Positions 1 to 12,650 are shown, numbered from the stretch's first letter. The stretch: 64,000 nucleotides of DNA from Octopus vulgaris (GCA_951406725.2 OX597824.1:1612001-1676000), one strand, 5' to 3'. The notes: generated from the letters alone by a model not told the origin. Program-made: numbers and translations.

Positions 1-2472
1 AAGCGTGTGTCGTATCTTGTGAAGGTCATTTTGCCAACTAGAACCCCAAACAGTGGATTTATTATTAAAAGTCAACTAACAGCGTTTTAATAACGAGGGC
101 ATATCACTGATGAAATAGGGACTAACGATGAAAAGAATTTAACGAACGAAACGCACTGATTGACTGGTCCAATTAAACATTAAACAAACGACTAGCTGAT
201 TGCTTTAATGATTAATTAGTTAACTTAAATATCTCCGCCTAAGTGAGAATAAATATTGTATCCCAGCATTAATACTGCCTCTGTAGGAAATATATAGTTT
301 TTAACAAGCACAACGGCTAATCGCGGCACAAGTGCCTCTTTTGGCACTGATTGCTTTGATATATCGCTGGCGAGGATGTGAATCACTCCTATCTCTAGCT
401 GTCGAGAACCCATTACCAACGAGATGAGGGAAGGTCGAAATCATGTGATCTGGTGATCTCGTGCAGGATTTCGGGGCGCGGTGTATTCTCTCCCCATTAA
501 CAATAGAGAAACGTGCGTACTAAAAGCCTGTATGAGAGTTTCCCTCATGGCTTCTACCGTATTAAATGCTGTTCTAATGGAACATTCACGTTTAAGCAGT
601 AACAAAGTGTTGTGTGAGTTAACCTGTGTAGTCTGTTTCGGCTCTGCACATTAAAAGTCAAATCTCGACCGACAGCCGAAAAATGACGATAGAGATGTAA
701 GCAGTATCACGAATTTCAAAATCTAATTTAAGGGCTGAAAGCCCCCTTCACATTTATAATTACCTCCTTCTATTAATTTTCATCGGAGTACTTAATCAAA
801 TTGCATCAGTTGAGAGTTTAGTTTAGAAACAACGGCAAACACTCGGTTTCGTCATTGTATATTTCATTCACCTTTTGCTGAAATTACCACTAATATTTCC
901 ATTTGCAGGACAAACTTGAAATAAGTAGAACGAGTTATTCATTGTATGAAACCAATTTATTTGAATTCCATGTCCATTTTTAGAATGTGTAAATTCCAGG
1001 ATGAACATTGAAAAGAAACCTCTTTAGCTTAATATATTCATCAAAACAACATAAGAGAGAAAAATGTAAACATCCACCAAGGAATAGCTCAGGTATAAAA
1101 GGGCATTTACCATTTACAGAAATGTCAAACACTTCATTAAAGAATAATATGCAAGAAAGAAATTATTATTCATAATGTGTTTTATCTATACAAAATTTGA
1201 AAACGTAATCTATTCCGCAACCATCGTCAACAGTAAAGATTTCTAAGACCGCTGCCCCCAAAATAAAAGATCTTTGTAATATATAGAAACGTTATCAGCA
1301 TGCACACCTCCGTCCAATGTTCATGTTGCTTTACCGTTAGATGAGGAAATAATAAAATGCGAAAAAATGCACGACACATTGTAGGCCCAAAGGGAGATGT
1401 TTATATACCGAATCAGTGTTTGAATGTAGTTTTCCTTTAATAATTGTCAACCGTAAAGAAATGTTAGTTACCTATTCCTGTGTATTATTCCGTTTCAAGA
1501 TAAACCAGAACGCGCAGCTTAGCTAAAACAATAACTCCAGTTTTCTAGATTCACACTCTACTCTCTAAATAGACGGACTGGTAGATGTTATCGTGTGAGC
1601 GAAATGGAGCAAGCATTGATGGAGAGGCTCTCCTCATAAGCGTGACTCAATCAGAGAGATGATCTGATGCCATCGAATAACCATTATATGAGCTAGCTTA
1701 ATTGTACTATCGATTTTTGAGTGATTTGTTCAGCGATATTCAACGTTGCCTCGTATATGACATATGAGATATATAATATATATTTAATGTATAATATATG
1801 GCAAATATTAATACATCGTATCATGTAGAAAAAAATCTAAATTCGTTTTTTTTTTCCCCTTTTAGTGTCGACCAATAAAAATTAATGATAAATTTTAGCT
1901 TCAGTAACTTTTAGAGACGGTACATCGGTGACTAAAAAACAAAATACAATTAATCAAACAATGTGAGCTAAATGTTTATTTGTATTCGTATGTTACAGAG
2001 ACGAAATCACGCGATTGGAGCACATTATCAAATTATCTCTGGAAAGTAATAAACAAAATCAGTCGCAAGTCACTTTACAATACAGCAATGGAATTCTTTA
2101 AAATGTAGCTAAGTTTGACTTAAGCATAAGAGACCACGACAGACACGGTGCAGACCTTCAGACGAAAATGGAGAAAAGTATTCTAAACATCTTTATTTGG
2201 TATATGTGAAAATATGAAAGAATTCCTTAGAATTCACCATGTGTAACTCTAAAGTTGTATCTAATAATAGTAAAACTGTCAGGTGAGTTAATTTCTGAAA
2301 TCAACCTGAACATTGGTCATTGTTTCTTTTTTTATTTTTTTTTTACTGAGGGGTAATGAGGGATGCTTCCTGCTGATTAAGATTACAGCAGCTCTAAGTC
2401 GCAAAATGGGTTCTTCGATTTTTAAACTGCTTATCGCCAATGACGCTAAGATAAATATATTGAGATCCGAAA

Positions 2473-2680
2473 GGCGGCGATCTGGCAGAAACGTTAGAAC
2501 GCCGGGCGAAATGCTGAGCAGTTTGACGTCTGCCTTTACGGTCTGCGCTCAAATTCCGCCGTGGTCGACTTTGCCTTTCATCCTTTCAGTGTTGATAACT
2601 TAAGTACCAGTTACGATCTAATCGACTGCCCCACCACCTCCACAAACGTTTTGGGCCTTGTGCCTAGAGTAGAAAAGAAT
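2473..2680 (+). mobile_element. tRNA-derived SINE with Meta-like central domain
   Basis: Head GGCGGCGATCTGGCAGAAACGTTAG, B-box-like CTCAAATTCC, core GACTTTGCCTTTCATCCTTTC..GATAA.TTAAGTACCAG, tail GGGCCTTGTGCCTAGAGTAGAAAAGAAT. More than 10 homologous copies in the window. Degenerate TSD aatatatt(g/a)agat. Confidence 0.85.
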
Positions 2681-3094
2681 ATATTAAGATACAAGAATCA
2701 CCGGAATTTTGATGATGAAATATGTTATTTGCTTATATATGGGTTAATAAAAGAAATAACAGGAATTTCTTTACCTTCTTTAATGATGGTTATTTATTTA
2801 AAGGTGAATGGATGGGGTATGTTGTCATAACCGGAGTCTGTATGGCCTTTACAGACCTGGAAAAACATTTGTTGGCGATATATTTCTGGTGTCTGAACAC
2901 CTTTCATAACGGGGCTCTTTGATTTTGTCTTCTCTTGGATTTGTTTCATATTTCATGTCGGAATATTTCTTGTCAAAGTTCTTTCTGTGAAAGGATGAAA
3001 GAGAAATGAAAAATCAGTCATTTTTACAATGAGACACAAATAGCTTACGGATTTATACGTACACATGCATACAAATACAGGAGCATACACATCA

Positions 3095-3269
3095 CACATA
3101 CATGCGTACGTGCATTTATACATACACATATATGAGTGTGTATATATATATACATATATATATATATATACATATATATTATATACATATATATATTATA
3201 TACATATATATATATACATACATATATATATATACATACATATATACGTATATATATATATATATATAC

Positions 3270-3319
<50 letters not shown>

Positions 3320-3418
3320 ACATATATATACGTATATATATACATATATATACATATATATATACATATACATATATATATACATATATATATATATATA
3401 ATATATATATACATATAC

Positions 3419-3465
<47 letters not shown>

Positions 3466-3548
3466 CATATACATATATATATATGCATACATACATATAT
3501 ATATATATATACATACATACATATATATATATATATGTGTGTGTGTGT
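3095..3548. repeat. Compound (TA)n/(TACA)n/(TG)n microsatellite
   Basis: Visible dinucleotide array; source of the YIYI ORFs. Confidence 0.95.
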
Positions 3549-3549
3549 C

Positions 3550-3897
3550 TCAATGAGGATAGTTGTACCTCTTATTAAATCCAAGATACACCAGTATAAT
3601 ATATATATTGAATAGATATTTCTTTAATGAATATAATATATAAAATATCGTAAATTAGCAATCATTATTATCGTGTTAGAGATCTAATTGATAGAAATTG
3701 ATTTATTAATTAGTCAACATATTCACAAACAACTGTTTCATTTCACAAAAAAAAATTAAAATTACGAAACACATAAATGAATTTATAATTTTGCATTTTA
3801 AATACCTTGGATGGAAACTCATCAGGGTGTAGAATGGACTATAAGGATTACATTAGGAAACGTTTGGAATCCTTAAAATTTTTAGACATGTCTATTT

Positions 3898-3900
<3 letters not shown>
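3550..3900 (-). mobile_element. Probable Penelope-like terminal repeat remnant with degenerate hammerhead motif
   Basis: Minus strand CTGATGAG (3825-3818) ... GAAACAGTTGT (3739-3729). AT-rich island between TA tracts. Confidence 0.4.
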
Positions 3901-3945
<45 letters not shown>

Positions 3946-3994
3946 GATAATGTTTAATATATATATATATATATACTTCCGTTTTCTTTTTTTG

Positions 3995-4576
3995 CTTGCT
4001 TCAGCCATTTGACTGCGGCGATGCTGGAGCACCACCTTTAGTCGATCAAATCGGCCCCAGCGTAATACTTATTCCATAGGCATCTTTTGCCGAACCTCTA
4101 AGTTACGAGGACGTTAACACACTAGCATCGGTTGTCAAGCGATATGTTGGGATGGACAAACACAGCCGCATAAACACACACATGCACACATGTGGAAGAG
4201 CGTAGACTCGAAACGTTAAAAGCTTTTTAACTTCTCGAGCATCATACTAATACATCTTTTGTTCTCTACACCACCTGTCTCCGTCTTTTGTTTCATTTGT
4301 GAAATCTCCCCATATATATATATATATATATTAATAATAAATATTAGGGAATAAATCGAAACTTACAGGGAAAAATCAGATTTAGGATTGAATCCAATTT
4401 TATTGTAAAATATTATATTATATTAAATTAGAGACAAAACTAATTTAATATATATATATATATGCATGTGTGTGTGTGTGTGTGTGTAGAATTCACAAAA
4501 AGAAACAAAAGATGAAGAGAGGTGGTGTAGACAACAAACATTTGGTAAAATGTCATCGATATCGCTATTTCAATAA

Positions 4577-4628
<52 letters not shown>

Positions 4629-4782
4629 GACTGGCTTCCTTCAGTTTCCGTCTACCAAATCCACTCACAAGGATTTTCATGATCCGAGGATATAGTAGAA
4701 GACATTCACTCAAGGTGCCACGCACTGGGACTGAATCAGGAACCATGTGGTTGGTAAGCAAGCTACTTACCACTCAGCCACT
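3995..4782 (-). mobile_element. CORE-like tRNA-derived SINE split by insertions in its internal microsatellite
   Basis: Head/core at 4625-4782 is the reverse complement of the 23157-23313 copy. Putative 3' part at 3995-4170. PLE-like pieces and TA tracts lie between them. Confidence 0.7.
4191..4310 (+). mobile_element. PLE terminal-repeat fragment with partial hammerhead motif
   Basis: GAAGAGCGTAGACTCGAAACGTTA at 4195-4218. Its 3' part (about 4255-4308) recurs inverted at about 4488-4545 and 48885-48930. Confidence 0.55.
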
Positions 4783-5254
4783 ATTAATTTTCATCCTATC
4801 GAGCGAGTTAGGGAGAATAACTTGTTAGGCTGATTGAAATGGAATGAATTCCTCCCTATTTCTGATTGATAAGGAATATATTCACTTTACCCAGCGTATA
4901 TATTGAGTATTCCTTTAAACTATGCTGTTTCGAGTCCTGCACCAATGACATCACGCACACACGTGCACATATATACGCATAAAACACACACGGTCACACA
5001 ATTATATTCATGCAGATATGTTTCCCTAGCTTGTCTGCGAAGAATATATTTATGCATAATATATGTATGTGTGTCTGTAAGTGTCAGTGTGTGTGCGTGT
5101 GTATCAGTGTGTGTGTGTATCAGTGTGTGTGCGTGTGTATGTGTGTGAGTATAGATGTTTGTTTTATTTTGTCAGTCTAAACATAAAAATAATTGGGTAT
5201 TCAAAACACGACTGCTCACTACACTTTTAGAGGGTTTTACTTATGAAGTTTTAT

Positions 5255-5355
5255 AAGGAAAAGTTCGACAGCGACTTCGAAGTTTCAGCATTCATAATAC
5301 TGTTTCCCGGAGGTGAGCTAGCCAAAACTTCAAAGTCACTGACAAAATTCTCCTT
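5255..5355. repeat. Imperfect inverted repeat (31-bp arms, ~39-nt loop)
   Basis: AAGGAAAAGTTCGACAGCGACTTCGAAGTTT ... AAACTTCAAAGTCACTGACAAAATTCTCCTT. Confidence 0.75.
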
Positions 5356-5724
5356 GAAAAAAAAAATATATATATATATACGTGTGTTTGTGTGTATGTA
5401 TGTGTATGTGCGAATGTGTAGGTATCTGTGTGTGTTTGTGCGCAAGGGTGTATATGTATATTTATGTACACGATCAAATATCTCATTATTGAAATAGCGA
5501 GGCTGGTGACATTTTACCAAATGTTTCTGCTGTTCTACATGCAACTGGAGAAGGTAACTTTGTTCCAGCAACTTTAAGTTTTAAACTTTTTCCATAAAAA
5601 ATAGTTTTGCGCAATATTTGAATTTAATGTCAAAACTCTTCCCTGGTGTTGCAGATATTTCTCAACAGAAACAAATAGTGATTCCTAGAACAAATATTCT
5701 TTAAGGTATTTTATTCAGATGACT

Positions 5725-5785
5725 GTCTGGAATCGAACTCGGAATCTTGGGGTTAGTAGCCCTCCCTCTTAACCACTACCCCATA
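5725..5785 (-). mobile_element. tRNA-like Pol III module (A and B box) at the 3' end of a PLE fragment
   Basis: Minus strand GGGGTAGTGGTTAAGAG..GGCTACTAACC..GAGTTCGATTCC. No acceptor stem, so not a tRNA gene. Confidence 0.6.
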
Positions 5786-5839
5786 TGCACGTGAGCAATT
5801 ATGGAGTGAATTTTAGGGCTCATAAATCTAATATTCATA

Positions 5840-6290
5840 CCTGCACTCGGTCTGCTTAGCAGGTTGTTGTGTTCTAGCATTTCTGCTGCTTCTTTTAGTG
5901 TTCGTATTTTCCAGTGGTGTTCTCTGTCTATTCACACCATCCCACACGGGTATGTGGTCTCCATTTTACCATACATGACCACCTATACCCGATTTATCAC
6001 AGCTTTGCAATGTTCCTCAACTCTTACTTCTTATTTTGAGGGGAAGGCATGTTTCACCGTTGTATAACTTACCACAGCTGCATGGGATGGCGTACACGCA
6101 CTTCTTGGCCACATTTTCTTCTATTGGTGGTTTTACTCGAAGGAGATATTTTCGAGGTGTTGTATTACTTTTGAATACTGTCTTTATGTCATATGGACCG
6201 AATATCTTTTCTATCTTTTCGGAGAGGCCTTTCACATAGTGTAGACAGACTGTGGACAGTTCATTGGTTGTGTCCTCTCTTTTCGTCCTA
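5840..6290 (-). mobile_element. Penelope-like element, GIY-YIG endonuclease fragment (frameshifted)
   Basis: ORF 6017..6334 gives YVKGLSEKIEKIF..VYAIPCSCGKLYNGETCLPLKIR. It continues in shifted frames as RVEEHCKAV..HVW..IDREHHWKIRTLKEA, typical of the PLE C-terminus. Confidence 0.85.
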
Positions 6291-6549
6291 CTAAACCCAA
6301 GATTCACCTGAATGATAATATTAATATCAAACAAAATACCTTAGAAATGAGATGAGGACAAATATCGGTCAATTGTAAATAATGTAAATAATGTACATAA
6401 TTCCTCATCTCTTAAATATAGATAGATGTTTGCCTTAAGTATATACATACTTAAGGCAACCATCTATCGATTGAAGAGGCTCCTGTACTTCGTCTCTGAA
6501 TGCAATATCTCTTCCGGTGGCGAAACAACTCCGGAGGTGCTTCATTCCT

Positions 6550-7372
6550 TCGATGAAACAAAGCTAAAGCAGATAAAAGCCTCTTGGCACAGATTGACCT
6601 TAAACTCTTCTGTGCCTGCGCGCTAAGTTTTAACATTCTAACCCACTTCCGCTGTTTACAGCTTTGCTTTGAAGGAAGATGTGTAGAGTGTGATCGTCCC
6701 ATTGTCCATAACAGAGAAAGTTTTCATGGAGATACCTGTGCAAAGAGGCCAGCGTAAAGTTGTTGAAAGTGTATGGAGGGGAATGTATGAGCCGCACGCA
6801 AGCATACGAGTGGTTCTGACGTCTCCAAGATGGTCGAAAAAATGTTGGTATTGGAAGACCCACAAACAGCATAACTGAGAAAGACATCACGGGTGAGCGT
6901 GCAGCTACGAGGGAAAATCATCGCATCACCATCTGTGAGTTATCAGAGAATAGCCAGATTAGTTCCGGTTCAGTTCAGTCCATTCTCATTGATTTGGGTA
7001 TGAGACTTGTGTCTGCCAAGTTTGTGGCAAAACTGCTTTCTGCTGACCAAAAGGTCACTCGGGTTTCAGTTGCACAAAATCTCTTTGATTGTGTCGAGAG
7101 CGATGAAAACTTTTTGAAAATTTTGCATAGGCCTCTGACCCGGTATCGCCAAGCTTTTGGCAATATTTGATGCAGATTCTCTGCTCAGCCTTCTCTGTCA
7201 TGGTAAATGCGACGATCACACGCTACATACCTCTACTCTAAGCTCTGCTGTAATAAAACGGGAATACGCTATAACATTAAAAGTTAGTGCGCATGCAAAG
7301 GCGGCTTTACTCTGCGTGCTTCAGGTTCGTTACTATGGCAACTGTCCGGATACTTATTGATCAGATAACGTA
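6550..7372 (+). mobile_element. Non-autonomous mariner derivative with long inverted termini
   Basis: Internal HTH-region translation ..RITICELSE..ISSGSVQSIL..LGMRLVSAKFVAKLLSADQK..FLK (about 6850-7120). Approx. 6600-6722 is the reverse complement of 7188-7300. Right end matches the left TIR of the 48291 copy. Confidence 0.8.
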
Positions 7373-7424
7373 TTAAAAGAGAAGGCTAATATTAATGTAA
7401 CTTATTAATGTAATAGGTGAATGG

Positions 7425-7520
7425 TTGGCGATGAGCTGACAGAATCCTTAGTACACCGGACAAAATGCTGAGCGGCATTTCTTCCGTCTTTATGTCCTGA
7501 GTTCAAATGCTACCGGTGGT
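7425..7520 (+). mobile_element. Truncated Meta-like SINE head
   Basis: GAGCTGACAGAATCCTTAG..AAATGCTGAGCGGCATTTC..GAGTTCAAAT. Confidence 0.6.
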
Positions 7521-8170
7521 TAAGAATATATTCTAGAAATTCTCAATCGAGCACAATGTATTGCACATCATATTTAATTCAGTTTTTTTGATTTTTCACT
7601 TTATTTCTCATTCAAAACTACTCAAGCGTAAATATTATTAGAAGTTTATGGTAAGGAGATGAAGAGGTTTCACTTCAGTCACATTGGCGTATCTGATGTT
7701 TTCTAATAATGTAATGACAAGAATCAGTAAACTCGCTTAAGGAATACCTACATTATTGAAGATAGAATTGGTCTTTTAGATTCAATAAAACCAATGATAT
7801 AATTACTAGTGCCATAAAAGATCTTACACAAACGAGTTACAATGATTCTTAATATAGGCACAATGCTATATTTGGCACAATTCTATATTGTTTGGGTCGA
7901 TGGTAAATTAGATTAAACAGGCCAAAGTATGTGGTTGCTAATTGTTTTCTCGACTGTAGAAGCTGGTAAATGTAATAAGAAACTCGGCTTTTTGTTTTAT
8001 ACTTCAGAATGTAAACATAGCTGAAACATCGTATGGCAGTTCTCAGTAACTTTTCGGAATCTACTAACCTACAATTCATCGATCATGGATCAGCTGTGCT
8101 ATAAGCAATCCTTGTAGAAAACAAGATGACATGGAAATAGTTTAGCGACAGATATTAGGGCAACAATGTA

Positions 8171-9422
8171 TTGGGTTGTCCGGAAAGTTCGTGCCGATTA
8201 ATAGTAGCTTACCTTTCGACTTAGTTTAGAACGTGGTTGAGTCCATAAAATAGGATTTGACTCCACTTCCATTTAGAGCACAGTTTAAGCTATCTTTTCG
8301 TGGAAGAAGGTTCACGTTCCTATAACCTGTGTTAATTCTGTAACCCTTTAAAATGGAAGACAAGAAAGTTCATTTTCAGCACTTGATGCTTTTCTTTTTC
8401 TGTAAAGGGAAAAATGCCTCACAAGCAATCAACGAATTATGCATAGTTTACGGTGATGTTTCTTTATCCGAAAGAACTGTACGGAAGTGGTTCGCAAGGA
8501 TCCAAGCTGGAGATTGTAGCCTTATTGATAAAGAGCGATCAGGCAGACCATCCACTACAGATGATGACCAAATAAAGTCATTAATTGAGAATAACCCACA
8601 TTGCACAACCCGAAAATTGGCAGAAAGCCTCAACGTATCAAAATCCATCGTTCATGAGCACCTGGTAAAGCTTGGGTACACAAATCGCTATGATGTTTGG
8701 GTACCACATGAGTTGAGTGAGAAGAACCTTTTGGATTGCATTTCCATCTGTGATTCGCTTTATAAACGGAATGAAAACGTGCCTTTTTTAAAGCAAATTG
8801 TGACAGGTGATGAGAAATAGATTATCTACCGAAATGTTCAGAGAAAGCGATCCTACAATAAGCGTGTCTTCACCCTAAAAAGTCTTGCTTTGTGTCTGGC
8901 GAGATTGGAAAGGAATTCTGTACTATGAGCTTCTCCCAAGTAACCAGACATTTAATTCTGAGAAATACTGCACACAACTGGACAAGTTAAAAGCAGCAAT
9001 TCAAGAGAAACGTCCAGAATTGGCCAAAAGGAAGGGTGTTGTTTTCCAACATAATAATGCAAACCGCACGTTTCTTTGGGAACGAGACAAAAATTGCTGC
9101 AGCTCGGCTGGGATGTGTTACCCCACCCTCCATATTCACCAGATATTGCTCCTTCGGATTTCCACTTATTCAGGTCTCTGCAGAATAGTGTTAATGGTAA
9201 AAATTTCAATTCCTTGGATGGCGTAAAAAGATACCGTGATGAATTATTTGCTATGAAACCACCTCAATTCTGGGAAGAGGGTATTTTCAAGTTAAAGGAA
9301 AGATGGAGATGCATTGTGCAACAAAATGGTTCATATTTGGTTGATTAAATATATAATGGCAAATATTTATTGACCTTTTCCTTTCCTTTAAAAATTTGGC
9401 ACGAACTTTCCAGACAACCCAA
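8171..9422 (+). mobile_element. Full-length mariner (DD34D) transposon, inactivated
   Basis: 27-bp TIRs TTGGGTTGTC(C/T)GGAAAGTTCGTGCC(G/A)A at 8171 and 9422; TA TSD at 8169-8170 and 9423-9424; 1252 bp. Confidence 0.95.
8353..9348 (+). pseudogene. Mariner transposase pseudogene
   Basis: Motifs GRP, WVPHEL, IVTGDEK* (TAG where W is expected, 8818-8820), HNNA in place of HDNA, HPPYSPDIAPSDFHLF. Split over ORFs 8353..8820, 8885..9226 and 9076..9348. Confidence 0.92.
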
Positions 9423-9978
9423 TAGTATATTGTTATAGAGTGGGCGATGCTACACAATTCCTGTGAATTGGTAACGAATTTTTATACGAATATACTTCCT
9501 CAAATTGCATTAGATTGAATAGAGACGCTCATAATATAAACATGCTACAGTTCTATATCTGGATATTGGAAAACGCTGCATTCTGCAACATATCCAGAAA
9601 TACAAAACCTAAAAGTAAAACCGACCTGATTGAATGACATTGCAATGTGTGGAAGGCATTATTTGTAAGAGAGCAGCTGATAAGGGTTGGCTGTGACGAT
9701 TTCAGGGGAACTAATTGTTGTGATTTCGGGTTGGCCTATTGTTTAATATAAGGCGAGGACTAGGTACATCGTTTCTGTGGCTGTTCCATTCTGTATTAAT
9801 TTCTGTTATGGTGCTTGTATTTAATTGGCGCTCGAAAGAAAATTTTAATTGCTTATTCGAAAGGGAATACCAGGGAATCAATGGTTTTATAATTATTGGT
9901 TTATGCATTAGCTCCGGAATACAATGTGGTAGGTTCGTGGTATTTATACACACACGCACGCACGCGCGCGTACACACA

Positions 9979-10010
<32 letters not shown>

Positions 10011-10081
10011 TACACACACACACACACACATGTGTATATGTGTGTAAAAATTTGAATATATATATATATATATATATATAA

Positions 10082-10240
10082 TGGTATTTCGTTTTTTCTG
10101 TACGTTCTGAGTTCAAATGCCGCCGAAATCGACTTTGCCTTTCATCCTTTCGGGTTCGATAAATTAAGTACCAGTTGCGTACTGGGGTCGATCTAATTGA
10201 ATGGCCCCCTCCCCGAAATATTTCAGACCTAGAAAAGAAT
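10082..10240 (+). mobile_element. 5'-truncated Meta-like SINE
   Basis: GAGTTCAAAT..GACTTTGCCTTTCATCCTTTCGGGTTCGATAAATTAAGTACCAG..AGAAAAGAAT. Confidence 0.8.
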
Positions 10241-11635
10241 ATATATGTAACGGAGTTTTCTAATTCTCGAAGTACTGACTACGTTGATGAGTAAATATAT
10301 ATGCGTGTATAAGCGTATGAGTGTGTATGTTTATGTATTTACATATGTACATAAGTATGTTAAAAATCTATGATAAACAGCGGGAAGTTCATATTCACAC
10401 ATCGCTTTTTAAAGTGTGCTCTGAGTATAAAGTGGTTAAAATAACCACCGTGTATCGTGAATATCTGTGTACAGATGTCGCTCTGTATGTATCACGTATC
10501 TGCCTTCCAACCAAAACTAATACACACATACACACGCGCGCACACACACACACACTCACACAGACACATATATATATTCATAAATTCATACATACATAAA
10601 TAAATATATATATATATATATGTACATATATATTATATATACATATATACATAAACAGACACATTGGTTATAAAAGTTTTGTGTTTTCAAAGTATACATA
10701 TTTATTTTTGGAGAACTTCGTGTATGTTTCTCTGCATACATACACAGATGCCAAATTACACACACACACACACACATGGGCAGACACATCTTTTTGATTT
10801 TATCTCTTTTAAAGATTAACAGAATATTTTCCCGCAGCTATATATATATATATTTTTTTTTATTGATTTTACTTATTTCTAGGTCTTTCCGTATCTGTCT
10901 TTCCATGAATCCAGCCTGACTACTTTAGGGGTGGGGCAGAGAGTGGAGAATGAAGACGGGGTATTTTCTAATTAACAAAGCGCAAAAATAAAACACTTTC
11001 AAAATTTAGAATTAACTTATCTCTTTTTCAGCATGCCATTGTAAATATTAATGCTGCTATTGCACTGCTTGTGGGAGACTTTCATCGATTTTTACCTGGT
11101 TATATTTTAACATTCATCACTAGCAAAATATTCTTGCAAAACTAGGAAAATGTATTGTATGGAATGAGTAAAACTGAAAGAAAAAAAAAGTTATTTTACC
11201 CCAAGTCAGAAAATATGCTATTATAGATATGATCAATATTTTCAATAATTTGATTCTGAGCTCTCTCTCTCTCTCTCTCTCTCTACGCACACCTATACAC
11301 CTATACCTATATCTGTGAGTATACTTGTCTATGTCTGCGTGTATGCGCACATCGCCTTAAGACCGAGTTATTCAGTTTCCACTTATATAACAATTGATGT
11401 ACACACAGACACACATATGTAGACGTGTGTGTCGAATACATTGGTTTTGACGAGTTGGATGGAATGTACACAATACCTGGTTTAGTTTCTCAAAGAATAA
11501 TTTAATGTTTTCGACAGTCATATTCAGATATTTCCTTGTTTCCCGCTGAGGCGATCTATCAAATGGACATCACCGGGATATGTAAGATAAATATATGCCT
11601 TGCGCTAAAGTAGCGCCGGGGCCTCACCACCACAG

Positions 11636-11829
11636 TTAAACAGGGACGTAACCATAACCTAACCTATTTTCTAATCGATTTGATATTAAAAGTCAACGTT
11701 GAACAAATGATGGAGTCTATTTGGGTTAGATTTCTTTGTAAATCCTCTCTTTTATTCGTTTGTTCTTTCTTCTATTCTTTCAAATTTAGCTTCGTAAGAG
11801 TGGAGGCTCCTGTATCATTTGGAAGCTCG
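11636..11829. repeat. Left arm of ~195-bp inverted repeat (partner 12699-12893)
   Basis: TTAAACAGGGACGTAACC...CATTTGGAAGCTCG is the reverse complement of CGAGCTTCCAAATG...GGTTACGTCCCTGTTTAA, with scattered mismatches. Confidence 0.85.
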
Positions 11830-11929
11830 CCGAAATGGGTCTATTGACATCCCTGTTTAATGTGTTGCCCTATATGCTGATGGTGGTGGTGTTGATATTC
11901 TGGGGTTTATGAAATGGGTCTATTAGGAA

Positions 11930-12650
11930 GATCCTTGATGTAGTGAGGAAGGAGTATGGGGAGCAGAACTAAATCCTGCAGAACACCAACGTTTTTAACA
12001 TTAGCTGCGATAGTACAATGTGAGTGCAAACCACTGAACCAAGAAAGGAATGGTGTGCGTCTAAGTAGTATGTTTTGAAAGGTTTTGATTTTAGGTGTTG
12101 TCGAAAACTTTGAGGACTTCGATGGTGTTAACTAAATTTCTCCAGGAAGTGAGACGACTAGTGTATGACGGGATATTGTTTCTCCAGGTATCTAATTTTC
12201 GGAAGCCGTATAGTTGTTAGTAACAAGTGGCAGATTTATATTGGTATGTCGTAGCTGCTGATCTTCTCAATTTATTGAAGTATTTGAAGTGAGTGCGGAA
12301 GGGCGATAATTATGAAGACTGGTTGTCGTTCTTAGAAATGAGACACACTGTAGCTTATATCCAAATATCGGAATACATTAGTAGAAAGGAGAAAAATAGA
12401 TCGATAAGGAGAGAGAGAGAGAGAGAGAGAGAGTTTGAAGAGACAGATAGGGAGAAAAACAAACAAACGCTGAATAGTTTGATAAATAAAGTGGCTAGAT
12501 CTAGTGGACTTTGAGAGTATTAGTAGGGCTTGGATGGTTGGACACAACGCGAGTAATGGAAAGAGGTCAGACTAGAGAGTGGAAGGTGGCTGAATGGAAG
12601 TGGTAGGAGAAGAGGAGAGGCCACCTCAGTATCGATAAAATAAGCCAGGT
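11930..12650 (-). mobile_element. Degenerate CR1/L2-type LINE reverse-transcriptase fragment
   Basis: Minus-strand remnants NYRP..LTS, YGFR, KVFD and GVLQDLVL.P...YIKDL (compare GVPQGSVL.P.LF..YINDL). Confidence 0.6.

Noticed and set aside
3045-3615. Long YIYI/HTHT/VCVC ORFs here and throughout the track
   Set aside because: Translations of (TA)n/(CA)n microsatellites, which lack stop codons.
5725-5785. Possible tRNA gene
   Set aside because: A and B boxes present but no acceptor stem; embedded in a retroelement terminus.
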